From Octopus sinensis (Eukaryota), in NCBI RefSeq assembly GCF_006345805.1, contig NC_043023.1:434001-498000 (forward strand): DNA of 64,000 nt, in the 5' to 3' direction. The translations under genes were made by a program, and so were the position numbers. Of the stretch, positions 38,360 to 50,529 are shown piece after piece (positions within the stretch are counted from its first letter, which is position 1; the number at the start of each line of letters is the position of its first letter). The notes beneath the pieces are model-generated. The model did no database searches and was not told the DNA's origin. It saw only the letters and a list, made by a program, of their open reading frames with translations.

Positions 38360-39850
38360 ATTATCACCGTTGTTGTTTAACCTTAGGTATCAAGGACTAC
38401 ATTATCTAAGGTTTAGTACTGTAGTTAATGTTAGGGGATATAATTATCGTTTAGGTCAGTCCTTACCCAGCAGATCTAAGACCAAAAATGTTCCAGCCGT
38501 GACCATCCCATCTTTTATTCAGACATATAGCACCTATGACTAGCGTTATATCGTTGGTTAAAGCTGTTGTTTAGCCCTCGGTCAACCCTTTTCGAACAGA
38601 CCTTATGATCAAAGACGTTCCAGCCGTGACCATCCCATCTATTATTCAGGCATAGTGTATCTAAGTCTACATTATTTAGTGTACAGTATATTTGTTATTA
38701 TTAGTGACTCTAGTCGTTCTTGTTTAATCCCTGGTCAGTCCTTTCCAGCAGGCCGACGATCAAAGGTGTATCGGCTGTGACCACCCCTTCTTAAATACCA
38801 TTATACGTTGTGTGTATAAAAGTCGAGATGCTCTCAGCCCGGAACAACTTTAATCATAGCTCTACTGGGTCAGGACTGACCAGATCAGTCTTAATCCAGT
38901 AGACCTATGATCAAAAATGTTCCAGCTGTAACCATCCCACCTTTTATTCAGACATCGTGTATCTATGTGGAGGCGCAATGGCCCAGTGGTTAGGGTAGCG
39001 GACTCGCGGACGTAGGATCGCGATTTCGATTCCCAGACCATATGTTGTGAGTGTTTATTGATCGAAAACACCTAAAGCCCCACGAAGCTCCGGCATGGGG
39101 TTGTGGCGACCCCGGCTGTACTCTTTCACCACAACTTTCTCTCACTCTTTCTTCCTGTTTCTGTTGTACCTGTAATTCAAAGGATCCAGCCTTGTCACAC
39201 TCCGTGGTTCAAAGTCTCTCTTGATCAGAAATGGCCTGAACTCCTTGTATGAGCACGCTCCCTGTACATAACTCCCTGTCCCCCTACATGACCTTGCTTT
39301 TGCTTTTTGAGCCACTAAAAATAAAATTGAATTAAGTTGAATTGAATTGAATCTCTCCGAGAACTACATTAAGGGTACACATGTCTGTGGAGTACTCAGC
39401 CACTTGCACGTTAAATTCACGAGCAGGCTGTTCCGTTGATCGGATCAACGGGTACCCTCGTCATCGCAACTGACGGAGTGCCAACAACAGTGTATATAGT
39501 ATATATACTATATAGCAGTGTATATATATACTATATAGTAGTGTATAGTGTATATAGTATATATTATATAGTATAATAGTGGATATAGCTGCTGTTGTTT
39601 AGCCCCAGGTCAGTCCTGATCTGGTAGACCTATGATCAAAGTTGTTCCAACTGTGATAGTTGCTGTTGTTTAGCCCCAGGTCAGTCCTGATCTGGTAGAC
39701 CTATGATCAAAGTTGTTCCAACTGTGATAGTTGCTGTTGTTTAGCCCCAGGTCAGTCCTGATCTGGTAGACCTATGATCAAAGTTGTTCCAACTGCGATC
39801 ATCTCATCCATGAAACAGACACAATGTATCTTGGACTACGTTATCAAATA
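38360..39850. repeat. Array of unit E interrupted by SINE C; includes a 71-bp triplication at 39591-39800
   Basis: Unit motifs as in 20995-21700; near-identical repeats start at 39591, 39662 and 39733. Confidence 0.88.
38967..39489 (+). mobile_element. SINE family C (tRNA-derived) with a probable nested insertion
   Basis: A box 'tggcccagtggttagg', B box 'gatttcgattccc', (AAC) tail; candidate TSD 'gtgtat'. Confidence 0.85.
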
Positions 39851-40249
39851 AGTACTTCCTCTTTGAAAACTTTGGTGCTATTTAAATGAATTATTGCTGT
39901 TTTCTTCTTCTTTTTTACCAGATTGTGCAGCTACGCAGGGGCGTACCCCCCTCTTCTTCTGTCCTTTGGTTCGCTGCACTAAGTTAACTGATAAGACAAG
40001 ACTGTCCAACGTGGGGGTGGGCATTACATTTGACCTGATTCTGCCAAATAGCATGATGGCGCCTTGCTTCTTCTGGTTTTGATAAAAATTAAAATGTCAG
40101 AGGGGTTAGGGAGCTTTTTTTTTATTTTTGGAAGAGAGGAAGGGAAGGAGGGGAGGTGAAGAGGAAGGGGGAGGTGAGACTTGGGAGAAGGGGTGGGGGA
40201 GGGGGGAAAGCTGGTGGTAGTGGCGGTGGTGTTGATGGTGTTGCTGTTG

Positions 40250-40281
<32 letters not shown>

Positions 40282-40574
40282 GGAGGGTGAAGGAAAAGGG
40301 GAATCGAAGTGAAAAAAAGAATGACAGGAAGAAAGAGAGAAAGAAAGGAAAAGAAAGGAAGGAAGGAAGGAAGAAGGGAAGACAGAAATGAAGAAGGAAA
40401 GAACGAAAAGAAGGAAGAAAAGATGAAAAAAAAACGGTGCGGAAGGAAAACGGAAAGACAGACAGACAGACAGAGGAACAGACAAACGAAAATGGCGGGA
40501 GGCAGAAAGTGTGTGTGTATGTGTGTGTGTGTATGTGTGAGTGTATGTGTGTGTATGTGTGTGTGTGTCCTTTG

Positions 40575-40770
40575 ATTTGTGTCAGTCATTTGTCTTCGGC
40601 CATGCTGGAGCACCGCTTTGAAGTGTGTTTTGCCGAACAGTTCGACCCGAGGACTTATTATTTTAAAGCCTTGTACTTGTTCTATTAGTCTCTTTGCTGA
40701 ACCGCTAAGTTACGGGTATTTAAACGCACCAACACCAGTTGTCAAGCGGTGATGGGGCGACAATTACACA
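40575..40770 (-). mobile_element. SINE A 3' module
   Basis: Reverse-complement match to the A tail. Confidence 0.8.
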
Positions 40771-40812
40771 CACACAGACACACACACATACACAAATATA
40801 TATATATATATA

Positions 40813-41153
40813 TACTTTATAATTAGGGTTCAGCAAAGATTTGCTTCACCACATACAGAAGTTTAGAAATAGCAGTCAAAAAATCTTAGCTATTCCTTCT
40901 ACTTTAAAAGGGACTCCCAGAAAAACCAAAGTACTTGAAAACAATCCATGCAGGCAAAGGGGAAAAATAACGAAAATCAATCGATATTGATTTTCGTTAT
41001 TTTTCCCTTTAGCATTTGTGGATTGTTTTCAAGTACTTTGGTTTTTCTGGGAGCCCCCTTTAAAGTAGAAGGAATAGCTAGATTTTTTTACTGCTATTTC
41101 TAAACTTCTGTATGTGGTGAAGCAAATCTTTGCTGAACCCTAATTATAAAGTA
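40813..41153. repeat. ~340-bp palindrome with a 4-nt loop
   Basis: Arms of ~169 bp centred on 40982-40985, with few mismatches. Confidence 0.95.
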
Positions 41154-41258
41154 TTACTTAAGCTTACCATGAAATGGTCTTTTTCATGCCGAATTCTACT
41201 TGGTGAAATTACTGATTACTTCTTAATTAATTAATTTTATCCTTTGTCATTACATATA

Positions 41259-41843
41259 TTTTGCCTTTATATTGTAAATTATTTATAAATTTAACCTTTA
41301 AAGGTATTTTTTGATATGCTGGCCATTGATGAAATTTTTTTCCCGAAAAAAAAAATTTTATCCTACATTAGTTATAAATTGATTAGTGTTCACTTCCGGA
41401 TTCTCTCACTCTGTGAAAGTTTCTAGTTCGAATCACACGTGTCTCGTGACGTGCCGAAGATTTTCTATTTTGGATATATTTGGGGTACTTAGGTCTCTGC
41501 CCAGGACTTGGTGTTTGCTTTTTCCATGGGTATGAGTAAGTATTTCACTTATATCTCGCGTATTTGCCGCTGAAGAGGAGAAAATTCTTATGGATTAACT
41601 CCGAAATTGGTCCAATACGGTAATAACGAATTTTTTAGAAATTTCTATCGGTTTGTTTCGAGATGCATAAATTATAATGGTTAATTGACAATTTTTCTCT
41701 TTTTTTCGGCATATTTGGCATTAGAATTTTTCTTTTGGCCTTATATTGTAAATTATTTATAAATTTAACCTTTAAAGGTATTTTTTGATATGCTGGCCAT
41801 TGATGAAATTTTTTTCCCGAAAAAAAATTTTATCCTACATTAG

Positions 41844-41848
<5 letters not shown>
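41259..41848 (+). mobile_element. Retrozyme/Penelope-like module: ~115-bp direct repeats (41259-41376, 41733-41848) around a hammerhead
   Basis: Direct repeats visible with a period of ~473 bp; ends in (TA)n; no ORF. Confidence 0.6.
41565..41622 (+). ncRNA. Type I hammerhead ribozyme, canonical core
   Basis: ugccg CUGAAGA GGAG [18-nt loop] CUCC GAAA UUGG u CCAA UA cggua. Helix I 5 bp, II 4 bp, III palindromic with a 1-nt loop; AUA cleavage after 41617. Confidence 0.82.
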
Positions 41849-41884
<36 letters not shown>

Positions 41885-41889
<5 letters not shown>

Positions 41890-42210
41890 CGAGCTTCTTT
41901 CTGTTTTCATCTACCAAATCCAGTCACAAGGTTTTGGTCGGCCCGTGGCCAAACACTTGCTTACGGTGCCATGCGGTGGGACTGAACGCTGAATCATGTG
42001 TCCTTCCGAACCGTTTTTTTATCTTTTCTTCCTTCTTTTCGCTATTTCCTTCTTACCACTCAGTCATGCCTCTGTCTATAATATATATCTTTTATCTTTT
42101 ATTTTTTAAGCCATTAGACTGCGGCCATGCTGGGGCAGTGCGTTACTTCAGAATTTTAAGTCAAATTAACCAATCGCAGTACTTATTCCTTTCTTAAGCC
42201 TGGTAACATT
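41885..42210 (-). mobile_element. SINE A fragments
   Basis: Head at 41885-42000 and tail at 42080-42210. Confidence 0.7.
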
Positions 42211-42236
42211 TTCAAAAAATGTTTAAGGAAAATTTG

Positions 42237-42279
<43 letters not shown>

Positions 42280-42282
<3 letters not shown>

Positions 42283-42495
42283 AGGCGTGTTGAAAAGTTC
42301 CTGGCTTTGGGTAAAAGAAAATAGAGGAGGATAATTTAATTATGATTTTACTCAACATATTCCCCTCTCAGATTCACACACTTCTTACAGCGGTCCTTCA
42401 GATGTTCTAAGCCCTTAAAAGAACTCGTGAGTTTGAGCCTCCAAGCAGGCCTTTCGCGATACCCTTAAAACCAGGAACTTTTCTGTACCTCTCCT
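42280..42495. mobile_element. Mariner-type MITE
   Basis: Imperfect TIRs 'gaaggcgtgttgaaaagttcctggcttt' / 'aaaaccaggaacttttctgtacctctc', similar to the TIR at 34655. Confidence 0.8.
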
Positions 42496-42769
42496 ACCCC
42501 CCCCCCACACAAATAGCACTGTTCACTTTGCACACGCATTCCATTTCTACTTCTTCTCCCATGTCACACCCCGACCCATGTATTTCCACATACGTATAAG
42601 CTACCCCAGACCCCCACCCACACAAACGTTCCCAAGCACGTTAAGAATCTTCTTACTGGTTACATACTCCATCTCAAAGAATGTATGCCTTACTTCTAAG
42701 ATTCTTCAGGCTGGCAGGTCAACCAATTTGTCCCCAGTCAGAGACATGACAACCAGATATGATAGCTTT

Positions 42770-43445
42770 TATCTCTTTTTCTTTTACATGTATCACTCAT
42801 TGGATTACGGCCATGCTGTGGCACTACCTTGAAGAATTTTTCAGTTGGAATTTTAAGTCGAATGAATCAACCCCAGCACTTATTCTTTTGTTTCTTTTGC
42901 CGCACTGTTAAGTTTCAAGGACATAAATGCACCAACACCGGTTGTAAAGCGGTGGTGGGAAACAAACACTGACACAAACCCACAGATTCGTAGATCTGTG
43001 GAGGCGCGTGGCTTAGTGGTTAGGGTGTCAGCATCATTATTGTAAGATTGTGGTTTCGATTCCTGGATCAGGCGACGCGTTGTGTTCTTGAGCAAAACAC
43101 TTCATTTCACGTTGCTCCAGTCCACTCAGCTGGCAAAAATGAGTAACGCTGCGATGGACTGGCGTCCCTTCTAGCTGGGGAACACATACACCATAGAAAG
43201 CAGGGAAACCGGGCTCATGAGCCTGGCTAGGCTTTAAAAGGACGCATTTATTTATTTTATTTATACGTATATATATATATATATACGACAGACTTCTTTC
43301 AGTTTTCACCAAATCCACTCACAAAGCTTTGGTCAGCCGGAAGCTACAGTAGAAGTCACTGGCCCAAGGTGCCACGGAGTGGGATTGACCTCAGAACTAT
43401 GTAGTTGGGAAGCAAGCTTCTTACCACACAGCCACTACTGCGCCT
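42770..43445 (-). mobile_element. SINE A split by a SINE D insertion in its central microsatellite
   Basis: A 3' module 42770-42985 and A 5' module 43280-43445 flank SINE D. Confidence 0.82.
42998..43262 (+). mobile_element. SINE family D (tRNA head, CORE/V-like body)
   Basis: 'gtggaggcgcgtggcttagtggttagg...gtttcgattcctgg...gcgatggactggcgtcc'; near-identical to 57051-57310. Confidence 0.9.
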
Positions 43446-43454
43446 ATAATATAT

Positions 43455-43860
43455 ATCTTTTATCTTTTACTTGTTTCAGTCATTAGACTGTGGCCATGCT
43501 GGGGCACTAACTTGAAGAATTTTTTATCAGAATTTTCTGTCGAATGAATCAACCGCAGTACTTATGTTTTTTTGTTAAGCCTGGTACCATCGGTCACTTT
43601 TGTCGAACCCCTAAGTTACAAGAACGGAAATACACCAACATCGGTTATCAAACAGTGGTGAGGGACAAACACAGACACAAAGACACACACACACACACAC
43701 ATGTATATATATATATATACGACGGGCTTCTTTCAGTTTCCGTCTGCCAAATCCACTCATAAGGCTTTGGTCAGTCCAAGGCTATAGTAGAAGACACTTG
43801 CCCAAGGTGCTACTCAGTGGGACAGAACTCGGAACTATGTGGTTGGGAAAAACCACGCCT
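43455..43860 (-). mobile_element. SINE family A, full length
   Basis: Reverse-complement match to other A copies. Confidence 0.9.
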
Positions 43861-43867
43861 GGTGAGT

Positions 43868-44091
43868 ACCTATTTCTTTACTACCCTCAAGGGGATAAAC
43901 TCAGAGAGGACAGACAAACGGATTAAGTCGATTATATCGACCCCAGTGCGCAGCTGGTACTTATTTGATCAACCCCGAAAGGATGAAAGGTAAAGTCGAC
44001 CTCGGCGGAATTTGAACTCAGAACGTAGCGGCAGACAAATACCGCTAAGCATTTCGTCCAGCGTGCTTAACGATTCTGCCAGCTCGCCGCC
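43868..44091 (-). mobile_element. SINE family B, full length
   Basis: Matches 35757-36170. Confidence 0.92.
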
Positions 44092-44143
44092 TTGAGGAAT
44101 TCAATTATTGCAACGAATAAAATGCTCAACGTTGAAAGTAACG

Positions 44144-44414
44144 TAGGCCCGGTTTCCCGGTTTCTGCGGCGTATCCCTTTCCCCCAACTGGACGGGACGC
44201 CAGTCCATCGCAGCGTTACTCAAGAAACAGGAAGAGAGAGTGAGAGAAAGTTAGGGCGAAAGAGTACAACAGGGGTCGCCCCACCCCTGACGGAACATCA
44301 TGGAGCTTTTAGGTGTTTTCGCTCAATAAACACACACAAAGCCCGGTCTGGAAATCGAAACCGTGATCCTCCGACCGCGAGTCCGCTGCCCTAACCACTG
44401 GGCTATTGCACATC
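44144..44414 (-). mobile_element. Chimeric SINE: family C 5' half joined to family D 3' half
   Basis: Matches C up to 'cttcctgtttct', then D from 'tgagtaacgctgcgatggactggcgtcccgtccag'. Confidence 0.85.
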
Positions 44415-44635
44415 TGACATGTGGCACACTTTGTACCTGTTAAAACAACATCGATTTAATTAGATAGAATGAGCTGAAATATGCAGCACGAACATTTCAT
44501 CACTATGAACCAAACACTTGTGCAGGTCGTTCGACAAGAAACTACGGAACGTATAGTTAGAAAAAACCAAACGGAAGAATTGAATTGGTTTGTTCGACTA
44601 AAACCTTTGCAAGGCGATGCTCCAGTATGGCAGTA

Positions 44636-45146
44636 CCGTAAATACTCGAGTATAGTTCACCTTTGAGTATAATACGCAGGGGATTTTTAGGGGGCTCTAC
44701 CTCTGAAAAACCTAAACCTGTGTATAATACGCACCCTTTCTCTAACTTGAGTCAAGGAGGTCTATATAACGTCCTTGGTTTGTAAAAATGTACACGGTAA
44801 TGTCCTTTATTATTATTGTATATATAACATAATGCAAACGTGTAGCTTTTTTTGTGCATTTTGTTTGCATAAAATTAAGAAATAACAGTAATAACGTTTA
44901 ATAAATGTTGCTTACTGCAAGTTATGGATGATTCTTTTATGACTTCATTGCCTTCAGGCTTAGCTTAAGGTATTTTCACACCCGACATCACAAAATGCGT
45001 CTGAATAAATATTGCTGGACAGCAAATAGAGACTCAGACATTGCTTAGAAAATAATTTTCATTTTTAACCTCTATCTAGTACGCACTAGGGATTTTGACC
45101 TTTAAATTTTTGGAAAAAAATGCGGATTATACTCGAGGATTTACGG
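44636..45146. mobile_element. Tc1/mariner-superfamily MITE inserted in a SINE A tail
   Basis: TIRs 'ccgtaaatactcgagtata' / 'tatactcgaggatttacgg'; TA on the left and TG on the right; SINE tail continues on both sides. Confidence 0.88.
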
Positions 45147-45976
45147 TGGTCCAATTGCTGAAACTAGTAACAGGTAAAGCCATGATTGTACTTTTTGTTT
45201 TACAAAATTTACCTCAAATACGCTGTGTCTTTATGTATAGATCATGTACGTGTATGTGTAAGCGTTGAAAATATGTTGATGTCACTATATCGGCATTTCT
45301 GTTGCTGCTGCTATCTCTGTCCGTTTTTACCACTTTATAATTCTTTTTACCTCTCCTTTTTTTTCTGTTCGATTATGTGTTCTTCCTGTTTTATGTTAGT
45401 TGATTGAACCACAAAAATCTGGAGATCTTTCATTTTGAAAACATTTGGTTTTGTAAGTGACGAAAAAGATGAGCAAACAGATCTGATACATCGCCGAAAC
45501 ATCTCTCAAACATCTCCATATCATTTGAAATGATAATTAATAGAATAACATCGAAGAAAGAAATAAAGAACACGAATAACAACTAACAACGTCTCTCTCT
45601 ATCCTCTCCGTCTTTCTTTCTTCCTCACCGACGCCTGTAAACCTTTAACGAATTGTTTAAACAGTGTATGTTTAGAGAAGAACGAAATTCTGTCGTCTGA
45701 CAGTCGCCATTTGCAATTTTTGTTTTTGTTTGATTGAAGCAGACGATAACACCACTTCGTGTATCTATGTATATATACGTGTATATATGTGTATGTCTAT
45801 GTATGTATGTATGTATGTATGTATGTATGTATGTATATTAACGACAACAACACGAGGAACAAACAATATTAATTTCTATGTTATAATTACTGAAATCTAT
45901 TGTGCAAACATAATTTGCTGGATAAGAAGCGGGGTGGACGACGATTGGCGAGTAGTTTATTATCATTACTACTACA

Positions 45977-46032
<56 letters not shown>

Positions 46033-46272
46033 ACCGTTATGGTTTTGAAAAACGTGTTTTTTCCGCATATGTTTGCTTATATTGTTATTATTGTTTTTGT
46101 TGTCGTCGTCGTCGTTCTTGTTGTTGTTGTTGTTGTTGTTCTTCTTCTTCTTCTTCTTCTTCTTCTTCTCTTCTTCTCTTCTTCTTGCTTCTCTCTTCAT
46201 CGCCTTCCTTCTCTCCCGTTCTGGATTAAATTCGTAAACTTGAATGATCAAGAGTGGAAGCAAGAACAACAG

Positions 46273-46303
<31 letters not shown>

Positions 46304-46486
46304 AAAGAAGTAGAAGAAGAAGAAGAAGAGGAGGAGGAGGAGGCAAAAAAGAAATAAAGACGACGTTGACAATGAAAATGATGGTGGTAAATAGCAATAC
46401 CGAAACTGACGGCGCCGTTGCTGCCAACGATGATGATGAAGATGATGATGATGATGACGTTGCTGGTAACGCTGAAGATCACAATG

Positions 46487-46541
<55 letters not shown>

Positions 46542-47219
46542 ACTACTACTACTACTACTACTACTGCCACAACAATGATAAGGATGCCAGGAGGCCAAAT
46601 TAAACATTACAAGACAAAAACCGACAATTCTGCTCTTCCAAAATTAACAAGATAAAACGGATGACGTTTGCACACCGACGCACAGACAGATATGATTGTT
46701 TTTATGTATGATTGCGTGTATGTATGTTTGCATTATGTGTACGTTTATATATGTAAATGTGCACACATACATTTGTTGCATTAATACATATATATATATA
46801 TATGCATGTATGTATATATATGCATGTATATGTATGTCTATATGTATATATATATATATATATACATACTTATACATACATACATAGATATATATACATA
46901 TACACCTACATATATACATAGATACATATGCATACATATGCAGCTACACATATACATGCATATATATACATATAAATACACATATGCATATATATATACA
47001 CATACATTTATATATATATATATATACTTACATTTATATATATATATATATACATTTACACCTACACATATATATACATACATACATATGCATACATACA
47101 CACGTCGCGTGCACACACACATACACACACACACACACACACACGTATGTAAAAGTCAGCGGCTTCGATATGGCGACAAGGAAAAAAACTCAACGAAAAC
47201 AATACGTAAAGGAAACACC

Positions 47220-47600
47220 GCACCACTACCATCACCACCACCACCATCATCACCACTACCGTCACCACCACCACCACCACCACCACCACCACCACCACCA
47301 CCACTACCACCACCACCACCGCCGCCACCACCACCACCACCACTACCACCACCACCGCCGCCACCACCACCACCACCACCACCACGACCACAACCACAAC
47401 CACCTCCACCTCCACCACAACCACCATCACCACCACCACCACCACCACTACCACCATCACCACCACCACCACCACCACCACCACCATCACCGCCACTACC
47501 ACCACCACCACCATCACCACCACCACCACCACCGCCATCACCACCACCACCGTCACCACCACCACCACCACCACCACCACCACCACCACCACCACCGCCA
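47220..47600. repeat. (CAC)n microsatellite
   Basis: Direct inspection; source of the poly-His and poly-Pro ORFs. Confidence 0.97.
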
Positions 47601-48104
47601 TCCTCAGCGACGACAACACCAAGCCCATGTTAAAAAGACACCAACACGGGGAGACACTGTCGGCGTTTTTCATTAACTTAATATTTCTGTGTCGTCATTA
47701 TGACTTTAAATATAAGACGTTAATTAATAGAGCCACCATATTCGGTGATATTTCATAGAACAGAGGCTGACTTCGTATTCTTCCGTCTGTCTCCATATTT
47801 GCATACGTCCTTTTGTTGTGTTCAATTATTTGCTTTGTGAAAAATTGTTTGTGTTTAATTCTCATAGGAAGACTTGGGAAAAAACCACAATGTGCAAACA
47901 TGCGCAGAAATAGGACTTACAGTCTGTGCAGCACCCCAAAGCAAAAGACGGGCTGGTCGCCATAGTAACTTACCATGTGTACGAGATGTAATGTGGGGCG
48001 GGGTGGTGGTCGTGGTGGTGGTGGTGGCAGAATGGGGAGTTTTATTTTTTTACTTGGTTTTTGTATTTGTGAAGAAATATATTTTATTTCTTAAAAAATA
48101 TGTT

Positions 48105-48810
48105 CAGGCGTGGCTGTGTGACGCTTGCTTCTCGGCCACATCGTTTTGAGTTCGGTCCCACTGCGTGGCACCTTCGGCAGGTGTCTTCTAATATAGCCTT
48201 AAGCCGACCAACGCCTTGTGAGTAGATTTCGTAGATGAAAACTGATTGAAGCCATATATATATACTCTTTACTCTTTTACTTGTTTCAGTCATTTCACTG
48301 CGGCCATGCTGGAGCACCACCTTTAGTCGAGCAAATCGACCCCCGGGACTTATTCTTTGTAAGCCCAGTACTTATTCTATCGGTCTCTTTTTCCGAACCG
48401 CTAAGTGACGGGGACGTAAACACACCAGCATCGGTTGTCAAGCAATGCCTGGGAGATAAACACAGACACACAAACACACTCATGCATATATATATATATA
48501 TACATATATGTGTGTGTGTGTATGTATATATATATGTGTATGTATGTGTTTGTATGTATATGTATGTATATATATATATATGTGTGTGCATGTATATATG
48601 TTCGTGTGTCTGTGTTTGTCCCCACCCCCAACATCGCTTGACAACCGATGCTGGGGTGTTCACGTCCCCGTAAATTAGATGTTCGGCAAAAGAGACCGAT
48701 AAAATAAGTACTAGGCTTACAAAGAATATGTCCTGGGGTCGAGTTGTTCCACTAAAGATGGTGCTCCAGCAAGGCCGCAGTCAAATGACTGAAACAAATA
48801 AAAGAATATA
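48105..48810. mobile_element. SINE A (plus) with an inverted A 3' module at 48268-48475
   Basis: Head 48105-48260; 48268-48475 is complementary to 48605-48805. Confidence 0.85.
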
Positions 48811-48876
48811 TGTATATATATATTAGCATAATATGTGTGTGTGTGTGTGTGTGTATACATAAATACACACACACAA

Positions 48877-48907
<31 letters not shown>

Positions 48908-49451
48908 TGATTATATGTACATATATGTTTGTGTGTGTGTGTGTGTAAGCCGCTTAAGAGTACATCAGTGAGCGTTTAGTGACCGACAAAATAAATCCTC
49001 GACTGCAATAAAAAGTACTGGGGTAACTCAATCAAGTAAAGGTTTTCCAAGGTGGTGCCCCAGCATGACCGCAGTTCAGTGATTGAAACAAGTAAAAAAC
49101 AAAAGATAGAAGTATTAGATTTTACGTAAGCTATATAAAAACAAAGCTTTGAGTAGTGTGGGTCGATAAAGAGGTCAGTTTGTATTATAAGATCTTTATT
49201 AACAATAAACAAAGGAAAAGACACACGTGGCTCGTAACGTCGTTATGTGTGGGAAAATCTCATCTACGAACACAAATGCGCACATGCGCACACACATCTG
49301 GCTATTTGGTTCTGTAGGATTGGCCAAGCGCTGTAGACACCAATAAGGGTCAAAAATCGATGCAAGCTGTTCATAATTTTTCTCTTTCTACGGCGAAACA
49401 GGTAAATTTCACATGTTTCCATGACTACTATTTAGGTTTATATATATATAT

Positions 49452-49875
49452 AATTATAATTAAGGGTATCTAAGAGATACCACCATACTAGATATAATAG
49501 CCAAAACTTGACTCTAAAACCACATTAAATGAACATTTAATGTCGTTTTAGAGTCCAGGTGGTATCTCTTAGATACCCTTAATTATAATTTTAATAATAA
49601 TTATTACCTATGAGGTTTTTATTCTCATGCTAACCACCTGATAGGATCGGTACTTTAAATACGATCTGATATATATATAATATATATTATATATATATAT
49701 ATATATAGCACATGAGAATAAAAACCTCATAGGTAATAATTATTATTAAAATTATAATTAAGGGTATCCAAGAGATACCACCTTGATTCTAAAACCACAT
49801 TAAATGTTCATTTAATGTGGTTTGGCTCTTATATCTAGCATGGTGGTATCTCTGAGAAACCCTTAATTATGATTT
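49452..49875. repeat. Nested palindrome centred on a TA tract
   Basis: The two arms are inverted copies of each other and each arm is itself a hairpin. Confidence 0.9.
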
Positions 49876-50194
49876 TATGTATGTATATAATATATTAATA
49901 TATTATATATATATATATTTACATAGATGTGTGTGTGTTTGTGTGCATATATGTACATTATAATATATATATATATATAAATATATATATGATTATATGT
50001 TTGAATATATTTGTGTGTGTGTGTGTGTACATACATACATACATTTATAAAATGCTAAAAGCTCTATAAGCAACTTATTTACCCCGAAAGTAGAGTTAAA
50101 TAATAAGTGACTTATAGAGATTTTAGCGTCTATTTTCAAACATGTTGCTGAGTATAAACACACCCTTGTGCTATAATTATATATATATATATAT

Positions 50195-50295
50195 ATTATA
50201 TAAAATCCGTTCAGTCTGTCTGTGTCTTCTAGGTTCTCGGGCATCCTCCATCCGATTGCGCTCAAATTTGATATGTAGATGCCGACGGTATCATA
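50195..50295 (+). mobile_element. Helitron/Helentron-like non-autonomous 5' fragment
   Basis: 'tataaaatccgttcagtctgtctgtg...catccgattgcgctcaaatttgatatgtag' resembles the DINE-1/Lep1-type layout (short tctg microsatellite then ccgatt...aaattt). Confidence 0.45.
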
Positions 50296-50529
50296 TTTAA
50301 GAGACCCAAAAAGTAAGATGCAAAGGAGATATTTTCTTCAAACTTAGCATGAAGGAAGGAAAGACTATTTGGTTTCTCAAGAAGTTTTCTTTTTTGCCTT
50401 AACTTCGTTTAACAAAACCAAAAATTTTATTGAAATAAAGGCATGCTTAATTATTTTTTAATGAAAAGAAAACACTGATTGCTTTTTATTCAGCAGATAT
50501 GATTCTTTTGTTCGTATATATATATATAT

